DNA of 63,982 bases, the filler included, from an uncultured bacterium (lineage in GTDB: Bacteria > CAZDME01 > JAYEMH01): the NCBI GenBank assembly GCA_964506785.1. It is 7 parts of 7 records of this genome, joined end to end, with 100 filler letters (N's around TTAATTAATTAA, not from the genome) between each part and the next. Parts side by side here need not be neighbours in the genome. Positions count along the whole stretch, not along the records: positions 58,525 to 63,982 come from CAZDME010000073.1; 6 more parts are not named here. One strand, written 5' to 3'. Shown here in pieces: positions 58,525 to 63,982 of this stretch. The stretch's first letter is position 1. Every line of letters begins with the position of its first letter. The notes below the pieces were generated by a model. That model was not told the DNA's origin and did no database searches. It saw only the letters and a list, made by a program, of their open reading frames with translations. The position numbers and the translations under genes were made by a program.

Positions 58525-61500
58525 ATACTTCCAGCCGGGGCAATAAGAAATCCTAAACCAATACCGGCTGCCACTGATAAAGCACCGAATAATTTATGTT
58601 CTTTTATAAACTTGAAATTATCTTTAAAACCAATTTTAAAAAATGGCTTTCTGCCTTGAGCAGCTTTTACTTCCTCGGCTGGGAATGAATCTGGGCCTTT
58701 CTTTTCTGGGTGTTTCTCTTTGTAGGCATCTTTTAAAGCCAGGGCTCTGTTTCGCCATCCTTTTTCAAAAATCTTTGTCCCGCTAAAGAATCTGCCTGTG
58801 CCTCTCTTTATAACATTCTTTATATTTACCAGTAGTCCGCCCCCACCTAAAAGAATAATAATTGGCGGGATAATTTTCGTTGCCAGTGCCTCTGGAATAA
58901 TTGCCGCCAGGCCTAAAGCGAGTGAGAATACACCTAAGGTGACAATAGCTAAATAAAAAATTACCGGCCCTATGGTTTTAAAAGGATGCGTTTTTATAGA
59001 TTCAATGATTTTTCGGGTAAGGTGAGATTCTGCGGAAATTTCCGGGATGGCTTTCTTTTCTTCAACCGAAGGAGGCGCATGTTTCCGTTCAACACCCAAA
59101 CCTTCTTCTTTTGGTATCTCTATTTCCGATACCGCCGGCAGAGGCAAAACATCAGGGGTAAAGACCGGCAAAGCGCTCTGGCCAGAAATATTTAAACCCC
59201 GGACCAGTTTCTCTGGAATAAAATGACTCCCTGCGCTACTAAGCTTATCGGCATCTTTCCTTCCAGGAACCATTACCACCGTTGCCTCTTCTGGCAATCT
59301 CTTTAAACCGATAACATCTTTGGCCTTATCCTTAAATTGGCCTAAACCTACACTTAAAACCTCTTCATTGGTTTCGTAAATTTCAAACCCTAATAATTCA
59401 TTATCCTTTATAATCGGCTCTTCCAGCATAGCATAGTGTCCCTGGCCGTTTACACTATTGGCATGAATAACTGCCGGGCCGGTGAGATTTTTATAATAAA
59501 CCTCCTCTATAGCCATAATCCTGGAAGGAACCTTGAAAAATTCCGCCGCATCTTTTAAAACCATAATCGGCACTGATATACCTTCTTTTTCACTAACAAG
59601 CTCATCCAGATTCCTACCTTCGGTAACAATCTGCCTGAGGGTATCCATAGCAACATATTTAATCAAGGCTTCCCTATTTACCTTTTCCCCGCTTGTCTTA
59701 AGGTATCTATCTAAAACAACTACGGCACAATTAACGTTTTCTTTAGTCAATCGATGTGTTAAAAGTTTGATAAGACCATCTTTATTTGCCCTCATCTGGC
59801 CAGCTAATTTATCTAAAGAGTCGCCTCCTAAACGCAGTTCGCCTAAAATAGTCTTTAATTTTGGACTATTTGAGAACGAATTGGCAATACTCTCTATGAC
59901 TACCTCGAAATACTTTCTCTCGATATCATTAATTATATTTTCAATCCTATCTTCTTCTAAACTGCTGATTTCCCCTTGCCTTCTAATTTCTTCAATCAGG
60001 CCTTCAAGCGAATAACCCAAATCAGCCTCAATATTTCCTTGCAACAGAATTATTGCTCTATCTACTGCCCCTTTATCTCCTTCAGCAGCCCCTAAGAGCT
60101 GGCTGGCAATTATATCATACCCAACACTCCCGCTAATTTGACCTTCTCCACCCGGGCCGGGTTTTACCTCTTTTTCCCGATAAACCCTATAAAAACCCGT
60201 TTTTCCTTCGACACTTATATTTTCGATAATAAATCCTTGTTCTCTAAATAACTCTTCTAATTTCGCGTCGGGCCGCCCGGAAGTTAAATAAATCATCCCT
60301 CCCGGAGCTAAAACCTTCTTTACCTCCTGAATGGCTTTCCTTCTATTTAATCCGTAAATCCCTTCACATTCCGGATTAAAAACCGCTGTAGATATAATAA
60401 CCTCTATATCTTCTACTCCATGCTTGTTTAATAAATTCGCTAATTCATGGATATTCCCCTGGATAAAACCTTCTTCCGGGTTATCTTCTACATCTATATC
60501 CACGCCATAGATATTTTTTACCCCCTTTTCTTTTAAATAATCGACTAATTTGTGCTCTGTACCGCAGCCTAAATCTAATACTTTTCTTTTTGAAAGTTCA
60601 GACAAAAATTCTTCTTTAGACTGGCCATTGATTACCTCCAGAAATGCGGCAATCACTTTAAAATGGTCTATACCGACATCCCTGGCTACATAATGACTCC
60701 CGAAAATCCTTCCCAGTAAATTATCTTCTCCACTTAATCTCAAACCCGCCGCTACAGCCGCGCCCAGCACCGCACCAATACCCAGCAATGAAGTAAATAC
60801 ATCAACCCCACTGGAAGCAGCCTGATTGATTACCGGTAGAGTTTGCTCTCCCATCTCGGCCAGGGCTCCGGGGATACTGCCTGTTATCGTTTGGGCAAAC
60901 AAGTAGATGGGATAAGCAAGTAAACTAACCAAGCCTATTAATTTCATTTTTCCTAAATCTAGATAATTTAATAATCCTTCCCTAACAAATGCAGGTGTAA
61001 TATTTTCCCCTATAATTTCGCTCCACCCATCTTTATTATTAAACCGATGAACAACTTCATGAATCTCCCCATCTATTTCTTCTGAAGTCCTCAATAGATG
61101 TCTCTCCAGTATCTCGCGAACAACGTAAACCCCGCCTTTATCTTCACCGCTGAAAATCTGGTCATAGAATGCCATCAATTCTTGGTTATCGCTATCACTG
61201 CCAATATAGGCAAGAACTTCATGGGGATCTAAAAGCTCGTAAACATCGCTTCCGTATTTTTCCGGCAATAATTCATCCAGAGGAAGTTTTACCCTTCTGA
61301 TTAAATCGATTTTATATTCTGTCGGCATACTATCGTCTTGCAATAATTTTATAAATTCAGGGACTGTCTGTTCTGGTCCATCCTCTTTTTTATAAGAAAC
61401 CTTACCGTCAGGCTCAAGAATTCCTGTTGTCTGATATAAGTTTAGAATACTTACCCAATCGTCAATGGGCATAATCAGTTCTCCTGCCTTTTTATCTTTC

Positions 61501-62479
61501 CAGACTGTACCCAGTTTATGCAAAATCTCATGGGTTACAGTTATTTCAAAATTAGAAGTTTCGCCTAAATTAAAATGGACCGACCCCTGGGTTAGGTCAA
61601 CCCTGGCTCTTCCATATGCACCTTTCATTCGCCTATCTATTTCGCTGTAATGCACATTGATTGGTTTTTCAGTCTTTTCTAAAAGACCTTCCGGGAATTG
61701 TTCGATAATTTCTACCGTCTTTTTAATTCTCGCCTGTTCTTCAAGCGTATATTTTTCAGGTGTGTCGATTATTAGATTAATATTCTTGCTCCCTGCCCTC
61801 TCAATAAGAGCTCCTGCCCACTGTTTCTCGGCAACTAACCGCTTGACGGCATTGACTAGAGTCATCCCTTCTTTAGTCACTCTATCTACAGTTATATCTA
61901 TTTCTTCTTGTGTGGGTTTATCTCCGAGTTCTCTGGTAAGGAGAGAGGTGAATCTTTGGGTAAATATTGCGTTTGCTTTCTCTTCTTCAGTCGTAGTTCC
62001 AAAAGATTGCTGAAAGATGCTTCCGACAATCGGTAAAGCACTTAAACTGCCGGCTATTTCTACTGAAGAAGAATCTAATCCGCTAATCTCTGGGAATATT
62101 GTTGAAATCCAGGGAGAGAGGGCAGCGCTCACTAAAGCCGCGGCAACACCTATGGCTACTTTGGGGTGGGTTTTAATCCAACTGCCAGCTTTGGCAACTG
62201 AGTTACTAATTGTGCCAACTACCGGTTTTAAAATCCCTTCCGGGGCTCCTCTTACCCCATGTTCTATTTCAACTTGAGGAGCAGCAGGTGTATCCATAGA
62301 AACCTCTGGCTTTTTACCAATTTGACTGGGAATGTTGGGTACTACTATTCTTGTGGCTCCAAGGGGTCCAGCATCCGGCGGAGTAGGCATTACTGGCCTT
62401 ACTACGCCCTTAACTTTACCAAAATCATCAACAGATATAACCAGAGGTGGCGTCCCAATGCCAACATTCATAACTCCTT
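58525..62479 (-). CDS. Giant membrane-associated multidomain protein, internal segment (zincin peptidase, class I SAM methyltransferase, C39-like peptidase, TM hairpins)
   Basis: Open across the whole segment with no stop; THEILH, VLDLGCGT...GVDID, NCAVV...GHY motifs. Confidence 0.8.
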
Positions 62480-62579
62480 NNNNNNNNNNNNNNNNNNNNN
62501 NNNNNNNNNNNNNNNNNNNNNNNNNNNNNNNNNNNNNNNNNNNNNNNNNNNNNNNNNNNNNNNNNNNNNNNNNNNNNNN
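62480..62579. other. Scaffold gap (plain N100) inside the giant ORF
   Basis: No TTAA linker; a minus-strand frame is open on both sides. Confidence 0.9.
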
Positions 62580-63982
62580 GGAAGACTATAAAGATGTGTA
62601 AGACTCATTAACCGAGCATAATCAGATTCGACTCCGCTTATCCCGCTGGGACTGGCTTGGAAACCATCAAAATAATTAAAATCGCTGATGCTTTTAACTG
62701 CTGGTTCTTCTTTGATACCGGCAGCAGTCACCAGCTTTTCGTAATCATTGGCTACAGTGACTCCAGTTGAATGAAGGGGAATACCCGGAACCAACCCCGG
62801 GGGTGTTCTTACTGGGCTATCAACCTGAAGGCCGGCTAAATTAGGTAACATTTCCGCAATTTGTCCAGGTTTCACATTCCATTCCAAGGCAGTTTGAGAT
62901 AATAATTCGCTATCGACTTCTACTCCGGCCTTATTTAAAGTTATCAAGTCTCCGGCCGCATTAGTTACAGAATCTATCTCTTTAATACTTGGAATTAATC
63001 CTTCTATGTTGCTGTGAAATTCTTTAAAGGGTATCCCTTCATTATTCATTAGCAACAACATATCCCGGGCTAATTGAAAATTCTCTAATTCTCCTATCCT
63101 GGTTTGCGTTATGCCTTCTTTATTGAACTCTGCTAAAACCGGAGCGGTTTTGGATATTATCTCCTGATTAGAATCATATTCCCCCACCCCTAAGTAATTT
63201 ATAAGGTCTTGCTTACCACTAAATCCTTTAAGTATCTGATCTGCTCTTTCAGCCAAAGCCGCACCGCTTAAGCTAATATTTCTATCAAACATTTCCTGTA
63301 ATACTTCTGAGGTTTGACCTCTGAAGCCTAGTTGCTGAAATACTATTTGCGGCCCTAATTCCTGAAAACCTTCTTCATAGAAAAACCTCTGTAATTTACC
63401 GGTAAGACCTCTACTGCCTAATCTTCCGCCTATAAATATTTCCTGCTCTGCCAATTCATGAACTATTGGCCCCATAACCGGTATTCTTGTGAGAAGTGGC
63501 TGTAAAATAGGCCTGGCTATAGAAACACCCAAACCGAAAATCCATAGCTGCGGATTAAAAGCCGTAGCTGCAGAGAGGCTGACAGTTTGCTTCACAGCAT
63601 CACTAAAGCTATTAAAAACGGGAATATGGAATATAGAAAAACTTCTCGGTTTACCGCCAAGGGCGGTATTTATACTTCCGCCCACCACAGAAGTCACGGT
63701 ATTAAATATAGTAATATCCTGTATAATTCCAACAGTCTGAGGAATTAGCCTGAGCGGATTTAATCCCCGCAGCATCTCAGTACCTAATTTTTTCCCTCCT
63801 TGGCCAACTACCTTCCAGAATCCTTCCGCCCCTATTTTGGTGTTAAACTTAGCAAAATCATCAATGAAAGGAAAAACTGTTTTAGTTAAATTCTTCACTT
63901 TAAAAAGATTGAATACACCCTTTATACCTTGTTTGGAAAATAACCCGGGAACAACTTCCGTAATAAAGCCTCTGCCGGGTAA
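62580..63982 (-). CDS. Giant protein, upstream segment (5' end beyond the window)
   Basis: Frame open from 63982 to the gap; Gly-rich hydrophobic segments. Confidence 0.75.

Noticed and set aside
62471-62479. AAGGAG plus ATG as the start of a separate 1332-aa gene
   Set aside because: The SD-like motif is only 2 nt from the ATG and the frame stays open into the gap; continuation of the upstream ORF is more likely
1-63982. tRNA, rRNA, transposase or integrase genes
   Set aside because: None recognised by eye; tRNAscan-SE and Infernal would be needed to exclude them formally

Overview
This window is a pseudomolecule of seven unlinked draft contigs. Six 100-nt N/TTAATTAATTAA linkers join them and the last contig has one plain 100-N scaffold gap, so neighbourhoods hold only within a contig. 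The source looks like a low-GC anaerobic bacterium; gene content suggests Omnitrophota or a related candidate lineage (inference). Contig 1: sulfatase-like gene, recG, AmmeMemo radical SAM, rpmB, recJ-secF-secD, comEC. Contig 2: fabD-fabG-acpP-fabF-rnc running into an acyl-CoA dehydrogenase/EtfAB module, a sugar ABC transporter, and a foreign-looking thyX fragment at the end. Contig 3: proB-proA-nadD-rsfS-argS-lpdA, a free lipoyl protein, an aminotransferase and a glycolipid trio. Contig 4: Wood-Ljungdahl acsB-acsD-acsC-acsV, udg, a PriA with degenerate helicase motifs, rplM. Contig 5: small nucleases, a DUF5674 pair, TolC-MacAB, a signal-peptide PLD nuclease with winged-helix tail, PhoBR-like genes. 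Contig 6: APC-EIIA transporter, PilZ and HD-GYP genes, an LKR-like dehydrogenase with an ATP-grasp ligase, and SMS-type sufC/sufB. Contig 7: an internal piece (at least about 1,780 aa) of a giant membrane-threaded multi-enzyme protein. The best leads are the giant protein, the PLD-wHTH protein, the pseudo-helicase PriA, the fab-coupled Bcd-Etf and the LKR/ATP-grasp pair. All family calls come from reading motifs; no searches were run.
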